This document shows positions 29,614-38,794 of a DNA stretch of 64,000 nt, in pieces. The notes under the pieces were generated by a model. That model was not told where the DNA came from and searched no databases. It saw only the letters and a list, made by a program, of their open reading frames with translations. Numbering within the stretch: the first letter of the stretch is position 1; each line of letters opens with the position of its first letter. The stretch is from an uncultured Bacilli bacterium (GTDB lineage Bacteria > Bacillota_I > Bacilli_A > RF39 > UBA660): the NCBI GenBank assembly GCA_944358415.1, contig CALVRA010000002.1:25769-89768 (forward strand), read 5' to 3'. The position numbers and the translations under genes were made by a program.

Positions 29614-30672
29614 GCTTTTGATGAATGTAATTAATGGGATGATGAAATAGGCTATAAATAGCATGTAAATTAAGATATTTTTAAAGTAAGCTATTTCAGT
29701 TCCTTTGGTGGTAAAAATAATTTGGGTTAGAAAGGCGATGGTTAAACAAACAATTATCATGATGATATTGTTTGTTTTTTCTTTGGTTTGAAAAGTTTCT
29801 TCTAAAGCTTTTTTAATAAAGAAAAGAGCCATCATGATTTGAATGAATAGGGCTAAAAACCATTCTAGTGATAAAATACTTTCAACTCTATCGATTATTT
29901 CTAAAACGCTTACTCTTTTTAAAAGGTGAAAACTTGGATAATTATAAAGTTCGGATAGATGAATGCCAAAGATACTGATGGTTAAAAATATAACATTTAA
30001 AAGAGAAAGGCCACTTATTAAATAGAAAATAAAGCTTTTTTTAGGAGAGTAATTTTGGATATTACTTTTTGGTACAATACTTAAAAGAAATAGAGGTAAG
30101 ATATTGAATCCTATGAAGTAAAAACTGCCATATAGGATGTTATTGGGATGATTGTTTAAAATGGGTTTTAGGTTATTTATATCTATACTACCAATAAGTC
30201 CTGATAATATTATTATTATAAAGAAAAGGGATATATAAAACATGATAAGGCTTATTTTACTAAAGACATGGAATTTTTTTATGATTGTGTATATGACAGG
30301 AAGGATTAAAATGATAATTATTACTTGAGTAGGAGTTTGATATAGGTACTGAGAGTCTATGAAGTTAACGACAATCCAAAAGCTACTGAGTGCGAATATT
30401 AAGCTTGAAGCAATTAATATAAGGTTTAAAAAGGTACCTAATTTGCCTAATTTTTCTTTGTTTAATTTTATGATATTTTGGCTTGGATATTTGTTTTTTA
30501 AATATGAATATAAGCAAAATGGTATAATACCTATTATGATAGCTATAAATATGCTTATCCATGAATCTTGATGGGCGGTGTTTAACAATATTTCAGCGGT
30601 TATTTCAATGAATGTGGCTCTGGTTAGGAACCAAAGTAGTGTGTTATATTCTAGTGAGGTTATTTTTTTCAT
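29599..30672 (-). CDS. spore germination protein, GerAB/GerKB-type (APC-superfamily permease subunit)
   Basis: 357-aa protein with ~10 TM helices. Last gene of a germinant-receptor operon downstream of GerAA and GerAC homologs. Confidence 0.6.
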   Translation of the reverse strand: MKKITSLEYNTLLWFLTRATFIEITAEILLNTAHQDSWISIFIAIIIGIIPFCLYSYLKNKYPSQNIIKLNKEKLGKLGTFLNLILIASSLIFALSSFWIVVNFIDSQYLYQTPTQVIIIILILPVIYTIIKKFHVFSKISLIMFYISLFFIIIILSGLIGSIDINNLKPILNNHPNNILYGSFYFIGFNILPLFLLSIVPKSNIQNYSPKKSFIFYLISGLSLLNVIFLTISIFGIHLSELYNYPSFHLLKRVSVLEIIDRVESILSLEWFLALFIQIMMALFFIKKALEETFQTKEKTNNIIMIIVCLTIAFLTQIIFTTKGTEIAYFKNILIYMLFIAYFIIPLITFIKSLKKT

Positions 30673-31850
30673 TATTCACCCTCCTCAATTGTTTTAACTA
30701 AAGAGCCAGTAGCCTCTATTTTTAGATTAGTTTTAATTTTTATGTTTAGATTAGGAAAGTATTTGGAATTCCATTCTTTTTCTAATTTTTCCCATGTTTT
30801 AGGGTTATTTTTATATATTAGATTACCAAAGCCAAAGATATCAGCTTTATATTTAGTTTGAACTTTTTTAATGACTTTTAAAAGATCTTTTTTTAAGGAG
30901 TTACTCCAAGCTTTTTCAATTTTATTTATTTCTTTATAATTTTGAATGTTGATTTTGTTATTAATGTTATAGATATCACCCTTGCCACTAATAGTTATTT
31001 CTATGTTATTTATATCAATTATTTTGATTTTTGATTTCAAAGAACTTGTTTCAATACTTATGTCTTGATTTTGGTATTTGACGTTATAATTAACTTCTTT
31101 GGCTTCGTTTTTTAATACATTGATAGCCCAGCTTTCTTTTTCGGTGGAGAATCCTTCTAGTTTATCTTTTTTATAAATGGCAAGAGGACCTAGAGCAAGA
31201 TAGGTTTCTGGTTCGGTTGTTTCTAAATTTTTTTCATTACTACCATCTTTGACGTTGCCTTTGATAGTTATGGTAGGTAAGACAGGATCATATCCTTTTT
31301 CTAGTATTTGACTTATGAAGTTACTATAGGTGATAGATGTGGCAATGGATTTGGTTTCGGCATTTGATTCGATTAAGGTGGCAATACTTTGTGAAGGGAA
31401 TGATTCTAATGGTGAGACTATTTTTAAGATATTTTTTGCTTTTTCATCTTTGGCTTGTAGAAGATAGAATTTTTTTCTAGTTTGAGGGTTTCTAAGAAGC
31501 CAATCGGCAATTTTTAAAAAACCGTCTTTGGCAATGTCTTCGGATATGATAACAACGTTTATATGTCCTAGATATATTTTTTTAGGTACGATTTGTTCGA
31601 TGTTTTTGGAAGCTTCAGCAATTGTTTTCCCTTTACCTTCATAAACTGTTGTTTTGGCTTCGCCTTCTTTGGCGGAAGTTTGGGCTTTTGGAGAGTTGGC
31701 AATTAGAAAGCTTAGTTCATAGTTGTCATCTGTTTTATCAAAAGCAACGGCTGTAACGATTGAGAGGTTATTTAATTCTTCGTAGCCGATACATCCGGTT
31801 AAGGATATGGTTATTATTATAAAGGTTATGATAAAGGTTATTTTTTTCAT
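30672..31850 (-). CDS. spore germination lipoprotein, Ger(x)C family
   Basis: Lipobox SLTGCIGYEEL. Typical ~390-aa GerAC/GerKC size. Sits between the A and B subunits. Confidence 0.6.
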   Translation of the reverse strand: MKKITFIITFIIITISLTGCIGYEELNNLSIVTAVAFDKTDDNYELSFLIANSPKAQTSAKEGEAKTTVYEGKGKTIAEASKNIEQIVPKKIYLGHINVVIISEDIAKDGFLKIADWLLRNPQTRKKFYLLQAKDEKAKNILKIVSPLESFPSQSIATLIESNAETKSIATSITYSNFISQILEKGYDPVLPTITIKGNVKDGSNEKNLETTEPETYLALGPLAIYKKDKLEGFSTEKESWAINVLKNEAKEVNYNVKYQNQDISIETSSLKSKIKIIDINNIEITISGKGDIYNINNKINIQNYKEINKIEKAWSNSLKKDLLKVIKKVQTKYKADIFGFGNLIYKNNPKTWEKLEKEWNSKYFPNLNIKIKTNLKIEATGSLVKTIEEGE

Positions 31851-33307
31851 TTGGTCCTCCTTTGTCTATGAGGGTTTAGGTTACTTATGTAGTTAGGCCT
31901 ATTTATGAGTTTTTCTTCTGGGGCTTTATAGATAGCATCGTTTTGATCTATTGTGGAGAAAGGAGCGAATGGAGATAAATAACTAGTTTCTAAGTTTTCT
32001 AAGGAAGCTAATTTAACAAGCCAGATGATGGCAAATGATAGAATACCAATGATGCCTAGTATACTTGCAGCTAAGATAAAAATGAATCGCCAAGTTCTTA
32101 TACCATTCATGAAGTCGATATCGGTGAATACTAGACTACAAATTGAGGTAAAAGCGACAACGATGACAGTTATTGGTGAGACAATTCCAGCGTCAACGGC
32201 AGCTTGACCTAAAACTAAAGCTCCAACGATGCTCATAGCGGCAGACATACTGCTTGGGCTTCTTAGGTCACTTTCTCTTAGTATTTCAAAGATAGTGGTT
32301 AAGAGAATTATTTCAAAGGTGGTTGGAAAGGGGACGCCTTCTCTTTGAATGGCAAGTGATATTAAGAGTTTATCTGGAATTGTGTTTTGGTCAAAGGTGG
32401 TTATGGCAATATATATGGCTGGTGTAAATATAGTTATGACTAGGGCAATAGTTCTTAATATTCTCGTGAAGGTGATGTTTGAGGATTTTTGATTTTGGTC
32501 TTCTGAGGTGTGTAGGTAGTCAATAAAAACGTTTGGCAAAATTAAAGTGAAAGGACAGTTTTCGGTGAAGATGACGATTTTACCTTTAAGTAGTTCTTGG
32601 CTTACGACATCTGGTCTTTCGGTACTTTGAATTTGAGGGAATACAGATTTTTGTTTTATTAAATAGTCTTTGATGTTACCACTATCTAATATTCCGTCAA
32701 TGTCGATTTTACTCAGTCTTTTTTTGATTTCTTCTATTTTTTTTGGATCAGCTATTCCATTTATGTAGGCAATACTAATTCTTGTTTTGGTTCTTCTACC
32801 TAGTTTTATTTCATTAAACCAAAGGTTAGGGTCTTTGATTCTTTTTCTGATTAAACCTAAATTTTTGGAATGGCTTTCGGTGAAGCTATCTTTTGAGCCT
32901 CTTAAGATAGGTTCGCTTGTGGATTCAGTGACGCCTCTATCTAATTGAGCTCTTGTTTCCATTATGATAGCTTCGTTTGAGTTATCGGTAACAATTATAG
33001 TGAAGCCACTAGATAAGAAGTAGGGAAACTGTGAGTAGTCTTTGATAGTAAATAGCTGACTATTAAATAAATTATTTTTTAGGGCATCAAAGATATTTTG
33101 AAAAAGATTTTTGCTTGAGGCAGTATATAAGGTACCTTTTATTATAAAGTCACTGATGGTACTGGCTTGTGATGAGCTTTCAAGAAAAAGAATACCGACA
33201 TTTGTGCCTTTGATGTTGATGATTCTAGTGTTTAAATCAGGACTATTACCATATAGTTTTTTTGTTTTTTCAATTACTTTTTTTGCGCTTTCTATAATTT
33301 TTTCCAT
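31847..33307 (-). CDS. spore germination protein, GerAA/GerKA-type (germinant receptor A subunit)
   Basis: 486 aa. Soluble N-terminal domain followed by a C-terminal 4-5 TM region (…ITVIVVAFTSICSLV…). First gene of the A-C-B operon. Confidence 0.6.
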   Translation of the reverse strand: MEKIIESAKKVIEKTKKLYGNSPDLNTRIINIKGTNVGILFLESSSQASTISDFIIKGTLYTASSKNLFQNIFDALKNNLFNSQLFTIKDYSQFPYFLSSGFTIIVTDNSNEAIIMETRAQLDRGVTESTSEPILRGSKDSFTESHSKNLGLIRKRIKDPNLWFNEIKLGRRTKTRISIAYINGIADPKKIEEIKKRLSKIDIDGILDSGNIKDYLIKQKSVFPQIQSTERPDVVSQELLKGKIVIFTENCPFTLILPNVFIDYLHTSEDQNQKSSNITFTRILRTIALVITIFTPAIYIAITTFDQNTIPDKLLISLAIQREGVPFPTTFEIILLTTIFEILRESDLRSPSSMSAAMSIVGALVLGQAAVDAGIVSPITVIVVAFTSICSLVFTDIDFMNGIRTWRFIFILAASILGIIGILSFAIIWLVKLASLENLETSYLSPFAPFSTIDQNDAIYKAPEEKLINRPNYISNLNPHRQRRTK

Positions 33308-33368
33308 AATATTCCTACTTTCCTTTTTTATTATGTCCGAAAGTGTTTAAATTATAAGAAAAAAGACT

Positions 33369-34388
33369 TTATTTTAGTCTTTTGGAAGTTTGTTTTAAAT
33401 GAATTAAAGAGAAACCATTTTTAAGAATTTGATTTAAGGGATTTTGAAACAAAACATTTTCAAAGTTTTGTATTTTATTTGGTTCATTACTTCTTTTTAT
33501 AATTTCATATAGTTTGAACTGAAGTTTATGGTATTTAATGAAATCTTTTAGAGGAATTGGTCCAGTGGTAAAGTTATCTAAGTTTTCTAAGAGATTAAAG
33601 AATTCTTCTTTAGTGCCATATTTACAAAATTGATAGATAACTGTGTCTAAATCGTTACTAAAAAAGGCATTTTGTAAGTCTTTAGGGTCATCAAAAAAAG
33701 TTTCTAATAGTTTTACTATACCAACATTTTTGGGATAGGCACAATGTTTATATTTAAATATTCTTTGGTTTAAAAGTTCGGTATAGCCTTCATTTAAACC
33801 GAGACCAATTTTTTCATTGAAACGAGTATTTAAATTGAAACCGCAGTGATCTTTATTATTTGTGCACATGTGAATAAATTCGTGACTTAAGACTTGTTTT
33901 GAATCAATAAAAAGATCTATGATGTTGGTGTCATAATGATAAAAACCAGCGTTGAAAGGTGGTTTTGCTAGGTTAGATAGGTAGTCTTTAAAGTGTTTTA
34001 TGATATTTTTGTTTTCTATTTTAACATTTTTTAAATTTTTTGCACAGTATTTAAGATTTTTTTCATCGACATTTTGAACAAATGTATTTACTATTTCTTT
34101 TAAATCTTCTGGGATTTTAATTGCTTTAATAATGTTAATATAGTCTTGTTTGTCATTTATTTTAAATAATAATTCAATTATTTTGGTGAATTTATTATTG
34201 TTTTTTTCTTTAATTTCACCAACACTGCGGTATAATTTTAGATGTCTAAGTTTGTTTTCTTTTCTATTTTTGATAGAAAAGTTTATTTGATTACTTATAT
34301 AAGTAATGAATATACCACTATTTATAGCTATAAAGAAATAGAAAGGTAAGCTATTAAGAGCTTGGATATAGGCTTGAATTATTTCCAT
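33369..34388 (-). CDS. membrane-anchored putative zinc metallopeptidase (HExxH…E), paralog 1
   Basis: N-terminal TM helix. …VLSHEFIHMCTNN… is followed ~25 aa later by GLGLNEGYTELLNQRIF. Paralogous to ORF 41473..42444. Confidence 0.4.
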   Translation of the reverse strand: MEIIQAYIQALNSLPFYFFIAINSGIFITYISNQINFSIKNRKENKLRHLKLYRSVGEIKEKNNNKFTKIIELLFKINDKQDYINIIKAIKIPEDLKEIVNTFVQNVDEKNLKYCAKNLKNVKIENKNIIKHFKDYLSNLAKPPFNAGFYHYDTNIIDLFIDSKQVLSHEFIHMCTNNKDHCGFNLNTRFNEKIGLGLNEGYTELLNQRIFKYKHCAYPKNVGIVKLLETFFDDPKDLQNAFFSNDLDTVIYQFCKYGTKEEFFNLLENLDNFTTGPIPLKDFIKYHKLQFKLYEIIKRSNEPNKIQNFENVLFQNPLNQILKNGFSLIHLKQTSKRLK

Positions 34389-34596
34389 ATAATCACCAAT
34401 TTTATTTTAAGATTTATTAGTTATTTTGTCAATTAAAGGGTTTAGTGTGATATTTAAAAAATAGAAATGTTTTATATTTTTGTTTGGAGTGATATAATAT
34501 AACAAATAAGTAGTTTTTAATATGAAAATAATTAAAACAGGTTTGTTAATTTATTTTAAATGAAAGATGTTATGTTTTATTAAAGCGAGGGTAGAT

Positions 34597-35781
34597 ATGA
34601 ATGAGATTTTAGTTAAATGTGAGAAGTTAGATCATTTTGGAAGAGGATTGGGTCATGTTTTTGGAAAAATTATTTTTGTGCCTAATTTATTACCAAATGA
34701 AGAAGCTTTAGTAAAAATAGTTTTAGATAAGAAGAAATATTTGGTTGGTGAGGTTATTAAATTAGTTAAAATTTCTTGTGATAGAATAGTTTCAAAATGT
34801 GGTTATGAAAATTGTGGATGTGCGATTAAAAACTTAAATTATCCGAAAACTTTAGAATTTAAGAAGTATAAAGTTACGGAGATTTTAAAAAGGTACTGTG
34901 GTACTCCTGATGTTGTTAAGGAGATTATACCTAGTGATAGTATTTATGGATACAGGAATAAAATAACTTTGAAGGTTAAAGATGGTAAGATTGGTTATTT
35001 TAAAAATGGGACGAATGATTTAATAGAAATTGATGGTTGCGTGCTTGCAGGTAAACAGATTAATGAAATTATTGGTATTTTAAAGAAATGTGATTTAAGC
35101 AAAGTTAGAGAAGTTATTATTAAAGATTTCGGTGAAGTTATGATAATAATAGATGGTGATATGGATATAGATTTATTAAAGAAAAAGGCAACATCGATTT
35201 ATATGAATGAGAAACTTGTTTATGGAAGTAAAAATATAATAGCTAATTTAGGTAATTTTAAGTTTTATGTTTCTAAAGATGCTTTTTTTCAAGTTAATAG
35301 TGAGGTGGCATTAAAACTTTATAATAAGGTTTTGGAATATTTATCTTTTAAAGGTAGTGTTTTAGATTTATACTGTGGAACTGGGACAATTAGTTTATTT
35401 TTAAGTAAATATTTTGATAAGGTTATAGGAATTGAGATAAATGAGGAAGCTATAAAGTGTGCGAATTTAAATAAGAAGTTAAATGATATAGATAATGTTT
35501 CTTTTATTTGTGGTGATGTAAGTAAAAAAATTCATGATTTAAAGGCTGATAGTATTGTTGTAGATCCACCTAGGAGTGGTTTAACTAAAGAGGGTATTAG
35601 AGATATTTTGAAAATTGGGCCAGAAAGGTTTGTTTATGTTTCGTGTGATCCGATGACATTAGCTCGTGATTTAAAGATACTTAAGGAGAAATATGTAATA
35701 AAAGAAGTCACGTTATTTGATATGTTTCCTTGGACTTATCATGTTGAAAGTGTGGTTTTATGCGTGAAAAGAATATCATAA
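34597..35781 (+). CDS. rlmD: 23S rRNA (uracil-C5)-methyltransferase RlmD/RumA family (TRAM plus SAM-MTase)
   Basis: N-terminal TRAM-like domain and a Cys cluster (CDRIVSKCGYENCGCA). SAM-binding LDLYCGTGTISL. Catalytic …DPPRSG… and C-terminal Cys. ATG at 34597. Confidence 0.7.
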   Translation: MNEILVKCEKLDHFGRGLGHVFGKIIFVPNLLPNEEALVKIVLDKKKYLVGEVIKLVKISCDRIVSKCGYENCGCAIKNLNYPKTLEFKKYKVTEILKRYCGTPDVVKEIIPSDSIYGYRNKITLKVKDGKIGYFKNGTNDLIEIDGCVLAGKQINEIIGILKKCDLSKVREVIIKDFGEVMIIIDGDMDIDLLKKKATSIYMNEKLVYGSKNIIANLGNFKFYVSKDAFFQVNSEVALKLYNKVLEYLSFKGSVLDLYCGTGTISLFLSKYFDKVIGIEINEEAIKCANLNKKLNDIDNVSFICGDVSKKIHDLKADSIVVDPPRSGLTKEGIRDILKIGPERFVYVSCDPMTLARDLKILKEKYVIKEVTLFDMFPWTYHVESVVLCVKRIS

Positions 35782-35967
35782 TTTGGCGTTTTAGGAAAAT
35801 AAAGACATTTTTTTATTTTTTCATTTTCTTTTAGAAAAATAAAATTGACTTTTTCTTTTTCTTATGTAATAGGAAAGTCATACTTTTTAATAAAGTTTAC
35901 AAAAAGTGATTTACAAATATAACTGCTCGTGATATATTTAGTTAAACAAAAGTTGGAAGGTGATGGT

Positions 35968-37116
35968 ATGCAAATATTAAAAGGATATGTCTTTAGACTT
36001 TATCCTGATAAAAAGCAAGAAGAGTTAATCAATAAAACAATTGGATGTGCAAGATTTATATATAATTATTTTTTAGATGATAAAATTAAAGAATATAAAG
36101 AAATAGGTAAAAGTAAAAGTGCTTTTGATCAAGCAAAATTAATTCCATCACTAGCTAAAGAAAAAGAGTGGCTCAAAGAAGTAGACAGCTGCGCTCTTCG
36201 TACAAGTCTGTTTAATCTAGAAGATGCTTTTAAAAATTTTTATAATGGAAGAGGCTATCCTAGATTTAAAGCTAAAGGTGTTTATGAAAAATATAAAACA
36301 AATAATATTAAAAGTAGTTATAAAGGAAAAGAATATAACTCTATTAAACTAGATTTAAAAAATAGAACCATTACTTTACCAAAATTAAAAGAAGTAAAAA
36401 TCAGAGGATATAGAAATAAAGAAGTAATAATAGGTGATATAAAAAGTGCGGTTATCAAAAAAGAAGCTGGAAGATATTATGTCAGTGTATTAATTGAAGA
36501 AGAACTTATAAAACCATCTTTTGTACTATCAAGTATAATAGGAATAGATTTAGGAATAAAAGATTTAATAGTAACATCATTTAATGAAAAAATAGAAAAT
36601 ACTATTAAACTAAACTCTAAAAGATTAATTGGACTTCAAAGAGGACTTTCAAGATGTAAAAGTGGCAGTAAAAACAGATATAAAATGAAACTAAAAATAC
36701 AAAGATTATATCAAAAGATAAGAAACGCAAGAAAGCATATGATACATGATATAACAAATAAACTAATAAAAGAAAATGACATAATAGTAACTGAGAATTT
36801 AGATGTAAAAAATATGCAGAAGAATCACTATGTAGCAAAAGGCTTAAATGAAAACCCAATTTCTGAGATAATAAGAGTACTTAAATATAAAGCTATTTGG
36901 AATAATAAAAAACTAATACAAATAGATAGATATTATCCAAGCAGTCAAATATGTAGTGTTTGTAATTATCAAAATAAGGAAGTAAAAGATTTAAGCATAA
37001 GGAAATGGGAATGCCCAATATGTCACACCATACATGACCGTGATTATAATGCATCAGTAAATATAATGTTCGAAGGTTTAAAAATATATATGAAGGGCAT
37101 AGAACAATCTGCTTAA
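35968..37116 (+). CDS. tnpB: TnpB (OrfB_IS605) RNA-guided endonuclease family protein
   Basis: MQILKGYVFRLYP… N-terminus. RuvC-like motifs. C-terminal zinc finger CSVCNYQN…CPICHTIHDRDYNASVNI. Confidence 0.8.
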   Translation: MQILKGYVFRLYPDKKQEELINKTIGCARFIYNYFLDDKIKEYKEIGKSKSAFDQAKLIPSLAKEKEWLKEVDSCALRTSLFNLEDAFKNFYNGRGYPRFKAKGVYEKYKTNNIKSSYKGKEYNSIKLDLKNRTITLPKLKEVKIRGYRNKEVIIGDIKSAVIKKEAGRYYVSVLIEEELIKPSFVLSSIIGIDLGIKDLIVTSFNEKIENTIKLNSKRLIGLQRGLSRCKSGSKNRYKMKLKIQRLYQKIRNARKHMIHDITNKLIKENDIIVTENLDVKNMQKNHYVAKGLNENPISEIIRVLKYKAIWNNKKLIQIDRYYPSSQICSVCNYQNKEVKDLSIRKWECPICHTIHDRDYNASVNIMFEGLKIYMKGIEQSA

Positions 37117-37235
37117 ACATAAATTTTGACAAAAATAAAAAGAGTTAGGGTGGCGACCATCCGATATTGGTCTATGGAGGAGCCTAAGGTTCCTATGAAG
37201 TAGAAAAAGCTTACCGTGAGGTAAGATAATGTCAA
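37117..37235 (+). ncRNA. candidate omega-RNA / right-end RNA of the tnpB element
   Basis: Locally GC-rich structured segment (…GAGTTAGGGTGGCGACCATCCGATATTGGTCTATGGAGGAGCCTAAGGTTCCTATGAAG…) immediately 3' of tnpB, where omega-RNAs map in IS605 elements. Confidence 0.4.
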
Positions 37236-37281
37236 ATTTTATTTGGCATTTTGTTCTGTTATATTGATTGTGGTGATATTT

Positions 37282-38478
37282 ATGATAATAAGAGAAAGAT
37301 ATTTATCTAGAATAAGAGAATTTTATGATTCTAATTTAATTAAAATTATTACTGGAATTAGGCGATGCGGAAAGTCAGTTCTTTTAAAGCAAATAATGAA
37401 TGAATTAATAGATAATGGTATAGATGATAGTCATATTATATATATTAATTTTGAAGATGTGGAATATTCTTTTATTAGTGATTATTTAGAGTTAAATAAG
37501 TATATTAAAGATAAAATTATTGATAAAAATAAGTACTATTTGTTTTTTGACGAGGTTCAAATGGTGGATAAATGGGAAAAAGTGGTTAATTCTTTTAAAG
37601 CGACTTTGAATGTTTCAATATTTGTAATAGGTTCTAATTCTAAACTTTTGTCAGGAGAACTTTCTACTTTATTATCTGGCCGTTATGTGTCATTTAAAGT
37701 TCAACCTTTTGTTTTTAGTGAGGTTATTGAATTAAAAAATTTAACTAATAAAAGAGATATTGAAGATGCTTTTGATGATTATTTACTTTGGGGAGGACTT
37801 CCACAAAGATTTGAATTTAAAACTACTGATGGTATGAAAACTTATTTATCTGATGTTTTTGATGCGATAGTTTTAAAAGACATTGTTAAACGCCATAATA
37901 TAAAAAATGTAGTATTATTTCAAAGAATTATGGAATATTTGGTGACAAACCCTAGTCAGTCGTTTTCTCCTACTAAAATGCTTGGTGAGTTTGAAAGAGC
38001 AAAAATACTAATGTCTACAAAAACGGTATATGAATGTTTAGCTTATGCGGAAGAGACTTTACTTATGAATAAAGTTCAAGCTTATGATGTTAGAGGTAAG
38101 CGAATTTTATCTAGGAATGATAAGTATTATTTAACTGATTTAGGATTGGGTCAAATTTTAAATGTTAATAAAAAAGTTCAATTTGGAGCTTATTTGGAAA
38201 ATATTGTTTATAATGAACTAGTGTATAGAGGATATAATGTAAGTATTGGAAACAATAATGGCAAGAAAATTGATTTTGTGGCAGTGAAACATAATTTGAT
38301 AGAGTATTATCAAGTGTCTTATTCACTTCAAAATGAAGAGACTTTGGAAAGAGAGTTTGGGGCTTATAAAAATATAGATGATAATTTTCCAAAGTATGTG
38401 ATTTCGACTGACAAGTTAGATTATTCACAAAATGGTATTATTCATAAGAATATTATTGATTGGTTATTGGAGAGTTAA
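37282..38478 (+). CDS. DUF4143 / AAA+ superfamily ATPase (COG1373-type)
   Basis: P-loop IITGIRRCGKSVLLKQI. Walker B LFFDEVQ. Typical ~400-aa length. Confidence 0.65.
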   Translation: MIIRERYLSRIREFYDSNLIKIITGIRRCGKSVLLKQIMNELIDNGIDDSHIIYINFEDVEYSFISDYLELNKYIKDKIIDKNKYYLFFDEVQMVDKWEKVVNSFKATLNVSIFVIGSNSKLLSGELSTLLSGRYVSFKVQPFVFSEVIELKNLTNKRDIEDAFDDYLLWGGLPQRFEFKTTDGMKTYLSDVFDAIVLKDIVKRHNIKNVVLFQRIMEYLVTNPSQSFSPTKMLGEFERAKILMSTKTVYECLAYAEETLLMNKVQAYDVRGKRILSRNDKYYLTDLGLGQILNVNKKVQFGAYLENIVYNELVYRGYNVSIGNNNGKKIDFVAVKHNLIEYYQVSYSLQNEETLEREFGAYKNIDDNFPKYVISTDKLDYSQNGIIHKNIIDWLLES

Positions 38479-38730
38479 ATGTATAAGATATTAGATAATA
38501 AAGTTGTTTATGTAGAAAATAATATAGAAAAAGGCATTTTGGAATTTAAAGTAGAAAGAGGTCAAGCCGATATTTATCATACTTATGTTGATGATGATTT
38601 AAGAGGAATGGGCGTTGCTTCTAAATTAGTAGAAATGGCTTTTGATTATTTTGAAAAAAAAGGTTATGTAGTTAAGTGTTCATGCTTTTATGCGAGAAAA
38701 TGGGCTTTGAAACATGGGAAAATTCTATAA
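38479..38730 (+). CDS. small GNAT-family N-acetyltransferase
   Basis: 83 aa. …HTYVDDDLRGMGVASKLVEMAFDYFEKKGY… is a minimal GNAT acetyl-CoA-binding motif. Confidence 0.5.
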   Translation: MYKILDNKVVYVENNIEKGILEFKVERGQADIYHTYVDDDLRGMGVASKLVEMAFDYFEKKGYVVKCSCFYARKWALKHGKIL

Positions 38731-38794
38731 GTTTATAGCTTATAGTTTTTCTTTTGGTTAAATACTGTTATAATGTTAATAAGAGGTTAGATTT

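Larger units (their letters stand above)
35893..37240 (+). mobile_element. IS200/IS605-family tnpB-only element (no tnpA) with its right-end omega-RNA region
   Basis: Left end TTTACAAATATAACTGCTCGTGATATA is conserved with the second copy at 53808. Single tnpB ORF. 3'-flanking structured GC-rich segment at 37117-37235. Confidence 0.55.

Noticed and set aside
36617-37132. Minus-strand ORFs within tnpB
   Set aside because: Antisense to intact TnpB coding sequence.
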